A stretch of DNA of 64,000 bases from Candidatus Tiddalikarchaeum anstoanum (GCA_902385255.1 CABMEV010000004.1:34590-98589); one strand, 5' to 3'. Positions 28,950 through 38,281 are shown, counted from the stretch's first letter. Notes: generated from the letters alone by a model not told the origin. Made by a program: numbers and translations.

Positions 28950-29411
28950 TTATTGATACTTTGAGAACAGCTTCAGGCTGGAGTCTTCATCCTTGACAGA
29001 GCCTTCGAATATTAACACCTTGTATTTCTGGTTGAATTCTTCAAGCGTTTTGGAAACCTCGGCCAGCATGTTTGATGCCTGTGCATCATTAGTGATGTTG
29101 GTGACATGTCTTAACCTTACAGCCGTATCCTCGCCGATGTAAGCATACATGTTGACTACGAAGTAAGATTTGGAGTCGAACGTCACCTTTTTCGAGTTGA
29201 ACATTACGAACCTGACAATTTTATTCTCAAGAAGGGCTGTTATTGTTGAAACAGCGTTGCAGTCGAATATCATTATATAGTCTATTATATCTATTGTTTT
29301 TAAGATTACCGGAAATGTTATGGTCAGCGTTATTAAAAAATGAAGCCTTAATATGCAGTTATGAAACTTACAATGGCTGAGCGCAAACTGATGACTGAAC
29401 GGCTGAAGCAA
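28950..29411 (-). CDS. possible Roadblock/LC7 (MglB-like) domain protein; the real start is probably at internal M47 (29273)
   Basis: The C-terminal 105 aa show a roadblock-like pattern (NDAQASNMLAEVSKTLEEFNQKYKVLIFEGSVKD). The N-terminal 46 codons look non-coding. Confidence 0.35.
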   Translation of the reverse strand: MLQPFSHQFALSHCKFHNCILRLHFLITLTITFPVILKTIDIIDYIMIFDCNAVSTITALLENKIVRFVMFNSKKVTFDSKSYFVVNMYAYIGEDTAVRLRHVTNITNDAQASNMLAEVSKTLEEFNQKYKVLIFEGSVKDEDSSLKLFSKYQ

Positions 29412-29524
29412 TTAAGAACGTATGCCGTAAGATGTTTAAAAAATAAAAAAATGGATGAATACCTTAATACTTTAAACTCGAGAGAGTTGAAATTATTAGA
29501 GGACACCCTTATAGTTCAAAATCC

Positions 29525-29809
29525 TTATTTCTTGTGTTCTTCGCAGGTTTTGCATGAATCACATGACTGACTGCAGTTTTCTTTATTGCCCATTTGTGAT
29601 TTTATCTGTTTTTCTAATTGCATTAATATGTCAACAAGCACTTGATAAACTATTACTGCATTCTCCTCTTTCTGGATGACTTCAACAACGGAGTTGAATA
29701 ATTTCTTGTATCTTTCTTCAAGAACTTTCATGTCAGGCTGTTTTGGTGCTTCTTCCTTCTTTGCTTCCTTTTTCTCTTCTTTTTTAACTTCTTTCTGCTC
29801 TTTTGCCAT
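29525..29809 (-). CDS. small K/E-rich protein with a C-terminal Cys cluster
   Basis: The N-terminus reads MAKEQKEVKKEEKKEAKKEE. The C-terminus carries CSQSCDSCKTC. Confidence 0.35.
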   Translation of the reverse strand: MAKEQKEVKKEEKKEAKKEEAPKQPDMKVLEERYKKLFNSVVEVIQKEENAVIVYQVLVDILMQLEKQIKSQMGNKENCSQSCDSCKTCEEHKK

Positions 29810-29851
29810 AACTTCCCACTAACCTTTTTTTATTTTAAAAAGCTTTGTAAT

Positions 29852-30322
29852 TTAGGGATTGTTTTTCCTGAATTCTTTAAGTTTATTTATGAATTCGTTA
29901 TCCTTCTTTTTTTCTTCAGCCACTAAGTCCAAATAGCCGCTTTTAATCAGAGTCGTCTTGACTTCAGTAGCCGGCATATTTTTAGGGAAGTAGATTTCCA
30001 GTCTGAACTTGTACGTTTTTGGTGGAGGATTCCAATAAGAATACATCATGCACGGGTCGCGCTCAACATTGGTGTCTATGACTACGCATTGAGCAATGGT
30101 AGTGCCGTAATTTGTAGACTTTGTTGCTGCATCATCTTTTTTTTCAAACTCGCAATGCTTAATCAAATTATTAATTATTGATTCAAAACGAGAGTCACTC
30201 TTGCTGCAATAATCTTTGCCGTCTGCGAAGAAAAAAGAGCCTTTTTCATTATTTAAAAAAGAAAAACCAGTCTCCCTCAAAAACAGGATTAAATCCTTGA
30301 CTGTTAATTCATTAAAACTCAT
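29852..30322 (-). CDS. hypothetical protein
   Basis: An ORF with no recognisable motif. Confidence 0.4.
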   Translation of the reverse strand: MSFNELTVKDLILFLRETGFSFLNNEKGSFFFADGKDYCSKSDSRFESIINNLIKHCEFEKKDDAATKSTNYGTTIAQCVVIDTNVERDPCMMYSYWNPPPKTYKFRLEIYFPKNMPATEVKTTLIKSGYLDLVAEEKKKDNEFINKLKEFRKNNP

Positions 30323-30370
30323 AAAAGTCTGGAAATCTTACTTAGTTTATTAAACTAACTAAAAAAAGTA

Positions 30371-30444
30371 TGGGATGGGGGGGATTTGAACCCCCGGCCT
30401 CACGGGCTTCAGCCGTGCGCTCTCCCAGGCTGGGCTACCGTCCC
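30371..30444 (-). tRNA. tRNA-Phe (anticodon GAA), with two C-A mispairs
   Basis: Hand-folded as a 74-nt cloverleaf. The anticodon arm is CACGG-CUGAAGC-CCGUG and the T arm is GGGGG-UUCAAAU-CCCCC. The acceptor stem GGGACGG/CCAUCCC has C5-A68, and the D stem GCCC/GAGC has C12-A23. Confidence 0.7.
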
Positions 30445-30514
30445 ATTAGGAATAATAAAAGAATAAGAATAATAGTGTATTATAAATCTTATCCCCTAAT
30501 AAAAAAATAATAAG

Positions 30515-30955
30515 TTATAGAGTTGTGAACTCATTCTTATTGCTGATTAATATGCTGAAGAATATATCCGCATCCAAATCGTTTAAGCCTGCGCGTTTTA
30601 AGTAAAACCTTGCCTGTTCAGTGCCAAGGAAGAATAACTGGGTTAAATCCTTTCCCGGAGTGTCAATATAATCGCGAGCAATCATCTTAGTGGCCTGAAG
30701 CTGTAAGTCAATAGGTATTCCGCTATCCCTGCATAAGTACTTAACAAGCCTGGCAAAATTAGCGCTCTTTCTTGAGATTCCTTTCTTCTTCTTTCCTTTT
30801 CCCCTTAAAACCAGGACAACAACAACTCCGATAACAATCATTAAGATAAAAAGCACAACTCCGACGATGATAACAGTCAAATCACCCTCGTTCTGAGAAA
30901 ATCCTGCACTGAAACTCAATAACAACAATAAATACAATAAAAACAACTTATCCAT
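30515..30955 (-). CDS. membrane protein with N-terminal signal/TM, unknown function
   Basis: A hydrophobic N-terminus plus a second TM helix. Confidence 0.4.
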   Translation of the reverse strand: MDKLFLLYLLLLLSFSAGFSQNEGDLTVIIVGVVLFILMIVIGVVVVLVLRGKGKKKKGISRKSANFARLVKYLCRDSGIPIDLQLQATKMIARDYIDTPGKDLTQLFFLGTEQARFYLKRAGLNDLDADIFFSILISNKNEFTTL

Positions 30956-31016
30956 GGATAAAACAGAGTTTACAATCGAATAAAAATATTTACTTTTACT
31001 CCAAAAAATTGTTTCC

Positions 31017-32963
31017 TTACCTCATAGTGAACCATCCACGGTTAACCGTGCAGGAAATAACACCCTTATCCTCAAGATTTGCCAGTAAAGTGTTAAACTT
31101 GGCTCTTGACATCTTGCTTGGAAGCTTTGCGAATAAAATATTCGATTTCACAGCCTTCTTTTCGCTAAAAGCCTTAACCTTTGACAAAGCCTTCAAAATA
31201 ACCTCTTCATCACCGGTTAAATTATACTCTAAAGGTTCGCTTTTTATGAAAGAGCAGAACTTTCTATAAACAGCATCGTAATCATTGGATGAGACGAGTT
31301 TTGAAAACTCCTCATTCTGCTTCAATGAAGACTCAGGAGATAACAATGAAATATTACCCTTCTTTGCACCCCTAAGCACGGCCTCCTTAATCCTTATACG
31401 GAGATTAATATTATCCAATAATTTCTTAACCGAGACGCCCTTTGTGTAAGCTATCTTGTTAAGGAGTGGTGAAACGCCAAGTTTTGAAATATTATACTTA
31501 TTGGTTGAAGAGTCAAATATTACAAGGTCTGAAAATCCATTCTCGCCTGCAGGATTATTAATCCAATTCTTACCCACCTCAGTTATACGAACAAGCTTCC
31601 TGGTATTCTCCGTCTTATCGCCTAATTCAAGGTTTGAACAACTAACAACTATATCACAAGCCTTGAAACTGGTTGGAGGAACACCTAAGTCATTAACAAC
31701 CCTGTCGAACGTGTCAAAAGCAGTGTTCCCATGGATAGTTCCGAGCACGGAACTACCTGCGGCACCAACACGCATAGCCTCAAACAAAGTCTTTGCTTCA
31801 GTTCCCCTCACTTCCCCTATAATAAGCGCGCTATCACCAAGCCTTAATGCAGTCCTAAGAACAGTCTCAGGTGATAGTTCGAATGATTCACTCCCTTCGA
31901 AACTGACAGTCTTCAAATGTTCAAGATTAAAACCCAAGTTCCTAAGATGGTTGACAGGAAGTTCCGGAGTATCCTCTATGACAATCAGCCTCAAATTGTA
32001 AGGCAGTTCGAACATTAATGAACCAAGAAGGCTCGTCTTCCCGCTCCCCCTGGGGCCTGTTATTATAATAGAAACCCGGTTATCTATGAGGAACCAAAGT
32101 AGTCCTGCAACGCTGGCTGACAAGAACCCATCATACAGCATGCGGTTAAGAGTCAGGGGAATAGTGGTATGTTTTCTGATTGCGAAGCCGGTACCGTTGA
32201 ATGACAATGGCTGGCTCACACCACATATACGCGCATTCACAGTTCCGATGTTGCTGTGAATGACTGGGAACGCTTCATCAAAAGGCCTGCCGCTGTTAAT
32301 CCTGAGAAATGTGCCAATCTTATTCACCATTTCATTCTTAAGATAGACATTAGTTGCAAGATTGCCCTTACTGGAATGGTTGACAAAAAGACGGCTGTTG
32401 CCCGGACTGTTAATGAATATATCCTGAACGTTATCATCAGAGAGGAACTCTTCAACAATACCAAGACCGGAAGTATATCTTATGACAAGGGGAACTAAGA
32501 ATAACTTATCCTTCGGCAATAACTTCTCAATATTATCCTTTTCAATCTCTTCATTCTGAACCTTTTCAACAACAGAATTCAAGAGTTCCAAGTCCTCGTA
32601 ATTTAACATGTACTCCTTAGGATTAACGAGCATTAAAGGCGAACCTTCAATATCCTTGAAGGTGAAAGTTCCGGTACTTTCATTAGCAGCCTTGTTTGGA
32701 ACCAGGTAGAATTTTATGAAAGAAGGAACTGTAACAGGTTCGAACACGTGAAAATTATCATGCAATAACGAGGAGCTAAGGCCTTTCTCATAATAAACCT
32801 TTGAATACTTCTTAACTAGTTCCAATAAATCAAAGGATAGATTAAGGCTGTTTACGCACTCGATGCATTTTGGGTTCTCAAGAGAAGCTATCGAGACGCA
32901 GTTATTGCAGTTAATCTCTAACGCATTAAATCCTATAAAACCCCTAAGATTAAACTCAACCAT
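31017..32963 (-). CDS. type II/IV secretion-system ATPase (FlaI/VirB11/GspE family) with an N-terminal Cys cluster and a C-terminal extension
   Basis: Walker A (TGPRGSGKTS) and the Asp-box/His-box region (LIVIEDTPEL...IIGEVRGTEA) are present. Cys clusters CNNC...C..C sit near the N-terminus, and about 130 extra aa follow the ATPase core. Confidence 0.8.
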   Translation of the reverse strand: MVEFNLRGFIGFNALEINCNNCVSIASLENPKCIECVNSLNLSFDLLELVKKYSKVYYEKGLSSSLLHDNFHVFEPVTVPSFIKFYLVPNKAANESTGTFTFKDIEGSPLMLVNPKEYMLNYEDLELLNSVVEKVQNEEIEKDNIEKLLPKDKLFLVPLVIRYTSGLGIVEEFLSDDNVQDIFINSPGNSRLFVNHSSKGNLATNVYLKNEMVNKIGTFLRINSGRPFDEAFPVIHSNIGTVNARICGVSQPLSFNGTGFAIRKHTTIPLTLNRMLYDGFLSASVAGLLWFLIDNRVSIIITGPRGSGKTSLLGSLMFELPYNLRLIVIEDTPELPVNHLRNLGFNLEHLKTVSFEGSESFELSPETVLRTALRLGDSALIIGEVRGTEAKTLFEAMRVGAAGSSVLGTIHGNTAFDTFDRVVNDLGVPPTSFKACDIVVSCSNLELGDKTENTRKLVRITEVGKNWINNPAGENGFSDLVIFDSSTNKYNISKLGVSPLLNKIAYTKGVSVKKLLDNINLRIRIKEAVLRGAKKGNISLLSPESSLKQNEEFSKLVSSNDYDAVYRKFCSFIKSEPLEYNLTGDEEVILKALSKVKAFSEKKAVKSNILFAKLPSKMSRAKFNTLLANLEDKGVISCTVNRGWFTMR

Positions 32964-33017
32964 GATTATTTGAAAACATTATAACTTATAAAAACATTAA
33001 CTACCACTAATAAGTAG

Positions 33018-33638
33018 ATGAAAAAAGCGCAGTTCGTAAGCCCTATAATAATTCTTGCAATAATAATTGTATCAACATACATCATATTAAACCAGCGAAT
33101 AATAAACGAAGCGGCAACCGATACGATAATAGGTATTAACCCGATAATAAACAACCTTGAAAATATTACAGTGCAGGACTTAAATTTTCAAAACAATATT
33201 ACGAAAAGAATAATACAATTAGCGAGTACGACAAACAGTTCCGAAACAATCACATCAATCATAAGACAAGAGTATGGAAGTAGCTTAACATTCAGCAATG
33301 AAATAATAATTAATTATGCACGAACGTATTATATCGGGAACAATAGTAAGTTAATTAATAATACAATAATAGTTCCGTACCCGTATAACCAATTCCTAAG
33401 GGAGGAATCAAGATTATTAAACAGTTTGGCAGCGTTTGGAACATGCATCGGAACTGACTGCACTAACTTCAACACTTGTGTTAACAACTATGACTCGCTG
33501 CCGACAGACTGGGTTCCGGTCTCATGCGAGATAGGTCCGCCAATAATGGTGAGAATAGAACTAATAAACCAGGAATACCCATTAACATACAACTACACAT
33601 ACCACACGTTCAATAATAACCCAATAAAGATAGGTTAG
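33018..33638 (+). CDS. putative pilin-like secreted protein (class III-like signal peptide), Asn/Ile/Thr-rich
   Basis: The N-terminus MKKAQFVSPIIILAIIIVSTYIIL has a basic residue followed by a hydrophobic stretch, like archaeal prepilins. It is transcribed divergently from the ATPase gene. Confidence 0.35.
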   Translation: MKKAQFVSPIIILAIIIVSTYIILNQRIINEAATDTIIGINPIINNLENITVQDLNFQNNITKRIIQLASTTNSSETITSIIRQEYGSSLTFSNEIIINYARTYYIGNNSKLINNTIIVPYPYNQFLREESRLLNSLAAFGTCIGTDCTNFNTCVNNYDSLPTDWVPVSCEIGPPIMVRIELINQEYPLTYNYTYHTFNNNPIKIG

Positions 33639-33718
33639 AGTTCCGGAACTAAACGCTAAAAATACCCCTATTTTGAGGAAAATTTTAAAAGATAACAGGA
33701 ATAATTAGAATATATAAT

Positions 33719-34366
33719 ATGGGTTTCTTAAAAAAGATATTAGGAATAGAGAACTTGGAAAAGAAAACAGAAGACGAGTTAGACCAGGTTAAGAAGAACA
33801 TGAAAACAAGCTGGAGCTGGGTTAATTACCTGCACGAGTTAGAACAGGATAACAGGTCCAGGATAAAGAAGCTCGAAGATGAAAATTCTGAACTAAAAGA
33901 ATTATTCAAAGCAGAGATTGAACGACTTTCAAACATCCAAGTCTCACAAAATACCGGCATTAAAGTGCAGGAAAAACACATCAAACTGAATGAAGACAAG
34001 GAGAAAAGCAAAACAGTTCCGGAACAAGAAGAGGAAGATGAAGATGACGAGAAAGAGGAACTATTAGACAAGAAAGGCCTCCCCCTCAAGGAATTGGATA
34101 TACAGGGGATTGGGAAGAAAGAAGCTTATCTCCTTCAAATATTATACCAGATGGCGTGCTTTGACGGTTCCTCAAGCCTCGAGACTGGCAAGATATTTGA
34201 ACACTTGCCTTATCAGATAACAGTTAGAGGGCTTAGGAAGAAACTATACAAACTGCAGCAGCAGGGCATAATTAAATCAGTAATGTATGGGAACACAAGG
34301 AAATGGTACCTTGATATGGAGAAACTTGCAAAACTCAAGCAGTTCCTCACTGAAAGGGCAGTATAA
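33719..34366 (+). CDS. acidic coiled-coil protein with a C-terminal winged-helix-like segment
   Basis: An E/K/D-rich central region is followed by a C-terminal GIIKSVMYGNTRKWYL wHTH-like pattern. Confidence 0.4.
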   Translation: MGFLKKILGIENLEKKTEDELDQVKKNMKTSWSWVNYLHELEQDNRSRIKKLEDENSELKELFKAEIERLSNIQVSQNTGIKVQEKHIKLNEDKEKSKTVPEQEEEDEDDEKEELLDKKGLPLKELDIQGIGKKEAYLLQILYQMACFDGSSSLETGKIFEHLPYQITVRGLRKKLYKLQQQGIIKSVMYGNTRKWYLDMEKLAKLKQFLTERAV

Positions 34367-34445
34367 CAAGGATGGGAACAGAAGGGAACCATGGTTTCCT
34401 ATGGGAACTTCGGAACGGAACAAGACCGGAACTAATCTTTAAGGC

Positions 34446-34871
34446 TTATTTTAACACTTTATCTAAATGTTCTATTGTTGATTTCTTAAATCCGGAACTT
34501 TGAAACAATCTCAATACATCGCCCTTCGAAAACGACTTAGTGAGCAGCTTGGCCAAGCGCAAGTTGCTCTTGTTAACATAATCATCCCTGAAAGGAATAA
34601 CTTCCTGAATCCTTTTGAATAATAGAAAAAGCACACTCCTTGTTGTAATAATCGAGATGAAAGCAAGGAAGAAGTACAGAAATAACTGGACAAACAAGTT
34701 ATTATTAACAACTATATTCAAAAGGATGACATTCATTATCACGATGAACATCACTAATTCCAATATGACTTCAAAAATAGTCCTGTTTGTTCCAAAAACC
34801 AAGGAGCATAAAGCCTCGCCGAGAAAGACGCCAAGAATCAACACCAAGCTTGAAACAATTTCAACAATCAT
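34446..34871 (-). CDS. membrane protein
   Basis: Three or four TM helices. The gene overlaps the downstream gene by ATGA. Confidence 0.35.
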   Translation of the reverse strand: MIVEIVSSLVLILGVFLGEALCSLVFGTNRTIFEVILELVMFIVIMNVILLNIVVNNNLFVQLFLYFFLAFISIITTRSVLFLLFKRIQEVIPFRDDYVNKSNLRLAKLLTKSFSKGDVLRLFQSSGFKKSTIEHLDKVLK

Positions 34872-35638
34872 TTTATCCTGTCAACCTTAATACCTACTTC
34901 ACCTGACCAGGATATAATCTTATCCCTCATATCTTTCTTTGAGCCCTTCCAGTCAATTAATACCAGCTTAGGTCTTGGAACTGTCTTATTAATCATTTCA
35001 TTAAAGATTTCCCTGGTAAGGTAGGTGAAAGCGTATTCGGGGCAGATATGGCCAATTGCTAAACTATTATCACTCACTAATTTGCGTGTGAAATTCGGGG
35101 CATAATGAGGCCCTCCAAAACCAATGCATACTATTTTTTCCTCAGCCATTATCTTTTCATAATCATTTACCATGTTGAGAACTAAGGACGCCACATGGGA
35201 ACAGGTACTATTATCATTCCATTGTTCCTCGGAACTTCCAACTTCCACAAATAAACTTGGAGTGTTAATACTTGGGCCGTGATGAGTCACTTCAAGAGTT
35301 ATCTCAAAACCCATACTATTGTCATTATTTAACTTGCAGAGGCGTCTAAGGCACTCAGACTGGATTTTAGCATTTGAAACACTCAGAGTTCCCATAGTTC
35401 CGCCGAACTTGGCAGGTCCGAAATTGCCAGGAGTATGGCAGGACAAGGATTTCACGCCTTTCTCGCTCTGATGCTTTGAGAGGAACAAATCAAGTTCCGC
35501 ATCACTGAACTGTTCCGCATAGTCAAGATTGGAATCGCATGAGATTATCCTAAAACGCGTTTTATCCGCATATTTCTCAATATATTTTCGCATATTAACA
35601 CTTGCAGCGTCAGAAGTTGAACTTACAAGGTTAATCAT
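34868..35638 (-). CDS. D-aminoacyl-tRNA deacylase, archaeal type (DtdA-like)
   Basis: The EVTHHGP and GFGGPHYAP blocks and the N-terminal VSSTSDAASVNM are recalled as DtdA (PF04414) signatures. Confidence 0.5.
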   Translation of the reverse strand: MINLVSSTSDAASVNMRKYIEKYADKTRFRIISCDSNLDYAEQFSDAELDLFLSKHQSEKGVKSLSCHTPGNFGPAKFGGTMGTLSVSNAKIQSECLRRLCKLNNDNSMGFEITLEVTHHGPSINTPSLFVEVGSSEEQWNDNSTCSHVASLVLNMVNDYEKIMAEEKIVCIGFGGPHYAPNFTRKLVSDNSLAIGHICPEYAFTYLTREIFNEMINKTVPRPKLVLIDWKGSKKDMRDKIISWSGEVGIKVDRIK

Positions 35639-35656
35639 AGAATAGTTTTTAAATAG

Positions 35657-36163
35657 GTGTTTAATAAAACTTTCTTAGATAAGCAAAAGGAGGTTTTTGC
35701 ATTGCCAGTAATTGCTAATAATATCGGTGAAGTACGAATAAAAATTGACACAAAAGAGTCTGGAAAACTAACAGGCGTTCGAAACAATATGTTAATCAAG
35801 AACGTCGAAGAGAAAAAATTAGGCGACAAGAAAGGATTAATCCTCACAGTTGATTTATTAACCACTTACGTTAAAGAGGATGACAAACCGCTCTCACAAT
35901 TCTTAGTTGAGGAAGAAATGCTATACGCAGGAGAGGAAAAGGAAGTTAAGGAGATACTGGATGAGTGGACTAAGGACAAGAAGATACCTAAAAAGTTCGA
36001 AGACTCACTTATACAAGGATTAAACACTATCTGCATGTATGATATGCAGTTCTTCACTAACAGGATGAGATTCCCGCCATGCACAGGCTATAGCGTATCA
36101 ATAAACGCAGGCGAGGAAGAGAAAAAGAAAGACGAGAAGAAAGAAGACAAGAAAAAGAAATAA
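35657..36163 (+). CDS. hypothetical protein with a K/E/D-rich C-terminal tail
   Basis: It ends in AGEEEKKKDEKKEDKKKK. The tail resembles that of the 13994 ORF. Confidence 0.45.
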   Translation: MFNKTFLDKQKEVFALPVIANNIGEVRIKIDTKESGKLTGVRNNMLIKNVEEKKLGDKKGLILTVDLLTTYVKEDDKPLSQFLVEEEMLYAGEEKEVKEILDEWTKDKKIPKKFEDSLIQGLNTICMYDMQFFTNRMRFPPCTGYSVSINAGEEEKKKDEKKEDKKKK

Positions 36164-36194
36164 AAAGCTGAATTCTAGCCTTTAATTTTTAATT

Positions 36195-37085
36195 TTATTG
36201 CATTTCATTATTTTCTTCATTGTATAACTGGTCACGCTTAGCTTCTAACTGGTGTATTGGAACGCCTGCGTACTCGGCTCCGGTAAGGAACCTTTTACCC
36301 TTCTTTTTGGCCAAAGCAATGAACTGGCTGTAGAACTTCATGTAATCCTTATCCCTCAATATATAGTGGTCATAGATAATATCTTTCACCTTACACTTTT
36401 GAATAATCTGAATCAGGTTAGCCTTGACCAATTCAAGATGAGCTTCCATTATGTCATAACCCACCATGTGAGTAGGAGGCCCGCACATTATCAAAACATC
36501 CGGATTCTCACTTATGATATAATCCGCATTCTCCTTTAAAATAGGCCCCATGACGTCCCCGGCGAATAATAGCTTGGTCTTCCCTGATGTTATTGTTGCC
36601 ATGATTAAGTATCCGAAGCTGCTTCTCTCAACACCATGCCATAATGGCTCGCTGAATTTAATCTTGACATCGTCAAACTCGAAGCTGTTCCCGTCTATGA
36701 AGTGAAACTCCTTGCAGACGCGCTTAACGCTCATCTCAAACTCTTTTCCTTCGCTCCTCTGGTTGAAATTGAGCTTGGTCTTCCTGTTCTTGCATAATAT
36801 GATCTTGTCAGTATACACATCTTCGAATATCTCATCATTGCTTGGTATGTAATGGTCCAGGTGGTAATGAGTGATTATGATTATATCACTCCTTTTTGCA
36901 AAGTCAAGTATCTTATTCTTGAAAACGTTGAAAGTGTTTAATTCTATATTAGTCGGAGGAAGGCCCAATCTCCTGGTTGCCAGGGCGATACCAGGGTCTA
37001 TCAGAATATTATGCTTGTCTGTCTGCACAAAGGTGCACATGCTACGAACACCCATACTGTCAAAAGCAACCGGAATAATCTCCAC
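36195..37085 (-). CDS. metallo-beta-lactamase-fold hydrolase
   Basis: It carries the ITHYHLDHY (HxHxDH) motif. Confidence 0.7.
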   Translation of the reverse strand: MEIIPVAFDSMGVRSMCTFVQTDKHNILIDPGIALATRRLGLPPTNIELNTFNVFKNKILDFAKRSDIIIITHYHLDHYIPSNDEIFEDVYTDKIILCKNRKTKLNFNQRSEGKEFEMSVKRVCKEFHFIDGNSFEFDDVKIKFSEPLWHGVERSSFGYLIMATITSGKTKLLFAGDVMGPILKENADYIISENPDVLIMCGPPTHMVGYDIMEAHLELVKANLIQIIQKCKVKDIIYDHYILRDKDYMKFYSQFIALAKKKGKRFLTGAEYAGVPIHQLEAKRDQLYNEENNEMQ

Positions 37086-37158
37086 GCATAATTTACATAA
37101 AGAGATTTTATTAATCTTATCCTAAAAAAGAGTTGAAAGTGTTGGGATTTTAAGCCAA

Positions 37159-38281
37159 CTCACTTTTGAAAAAAAACATTCATTTTTCTGGCTGAAACAC
37201 CATACCCCTCTCCTTCATCTTCACATTTTGAAAATGTGTTGGATGTGTTGGAGTAATTTTAGTCTTCGCCACCACATTTTGGGTAAAAACTCACTATTTT
37301 TTCGAAACCCTCACTTTTGAAAAAAAAGCCTGCTATAATAGTAGTTTTTCCTATAATCACTCACTTTGTTTAATATATGGGTAATATCCATCGGATTAGT
37401 CATACTATTTATCACAAGATCTGCATTACTCACTTTTATGCTTTTGAACACGTCTTCTATGGTTCCCTCACTTTTAGAAAAAAGCTGCCTATTATGTATG
37501 CCTAAAACCGAATAAAACATGTCTGTAATGGTAAAAAGCAGGAATCCAGCCCTAAGAGGCCACATTGAGCCGAATCTGTCGAAATTACTCTTACTTTTGA
37601 TTGTTTCATTATGCCCAAGGTAGTATTTCCATAAAGTATTATCCCCATCGCACACTACAATATCATAACACTCACTTTTGATAAAATTGGCCAATTCTTT
37701 CAAATTTCGGAGAGTAAAATCAGCACTTTTGTGAGTATTCCCGTATCTATTGACTAGAATCTTATCCACCCTCACTTTTGAATTATGGTGCTTGTTTTCG
37801 AGCGCTTTTTCAAGGTTATAGGCTAGTTTTAAGTCAAGAAAGTCATCACCTATAACACCTATGCGAACAGGCCCAGAATTTGATTTTAACGCATATTGGA
37901 AGGATTTAAACAATCCTCCATATTGGTAGAATAGTTCTATTAATGCAGCTGGGTTTGGCTTTAAACCGTGTCTAATCCAGTGATAAGCGCTCACAATGCC
38001 TATATTTATGCTGTTTGCCTGTAATTCCCTCTCACTTTGAACCTGGGGAGCTGATAAGATCATTAATTATCTGGTAAAAGTATTATAGATTTAAATCTTA
38101 CCTTAAACCCTCACTTTTGGGAAAACAGGCTGTTTTTATGCCTTTTTAGCCCTATTTTAGCCTTTTTTATCACTTTTTACTATTTTAGGATCTTGCAGGA
38201 CTTATATTCACTCAAGTTATAGATTGCCAATTGATATATAGTGATAATCTATCTATCACTCACTTTGGGATAAATAAGCTA
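37159..38281. repeat. Dispersed array of at least 12 copies of CTCACTTT(T)G; four exact copies of the 12-mer CCCTCACTTTTG are followed by A/G-rich runs
   Basis: Copies lie at about 37159, 37222 (variant), 37308, 37360, 37429, 37465, 37671, 37769, 38031, 38108 and 38259. Some extend to CTCACTTTTGRRAAAA(A)GCTG..TTATG units. An inverted copy CAAAGTGAGGG lies at 40144. Confidence 0.7.
37311..38063 (-). CDS. hypothetical ORF whose frame contains five of the CTCACTTTTG repeats (each encoding a KSE/QSE tripeptide); its coding status is doubtful
   Basis: A 250-aa ORF, which is long for an AT-rich genome. The same repeat continues into both flanking non-coding regions. Confidence 0.3.
   Translation of the reverse strand: MILSAPQVQSERELQANSINIGIVSAYHWIRHGLKPNPAALIELFYQYGGLFKSFQYALKSNSGPVRIGVIGDDFLDLKLAYNLEKALENKHHNSKVRVDKILVNRYGNTHKSADFTLRNLKELANFIKSECYDIVVCDGDNTLWKYYLGHNETIKSKSNFDRFGSMWPLRAGFLLFTITDMFYSVLGIHNRQLFSKSEGTIEDVFKSIKVSNADLVINSMTNPMDITHILNKVSDYRKNYYYSRLFFQK

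Noticed and set aside
32966-33154. The 62-aa hydrophobic ORF on the minus strand between the secretion ATPase and the pilin-like gene.
   Set aside because: It overlaps the 5' end of the pilin-like gene on the opposite strand and looks like the mirror image of that gene's hydrophobic signal region.
37311-38063. A HAD-phosphatase call for the repeat-containing ORF, because of the motif CDGDNTLW resembling the DxDxTLW of the MDP-1 family.
   Set aside because: The motif sits in the middle of the ORF rather than at the N-terminus. No motifs II-IV were found, and the frame is riddled with the DNA repeat. The match looks accidental.
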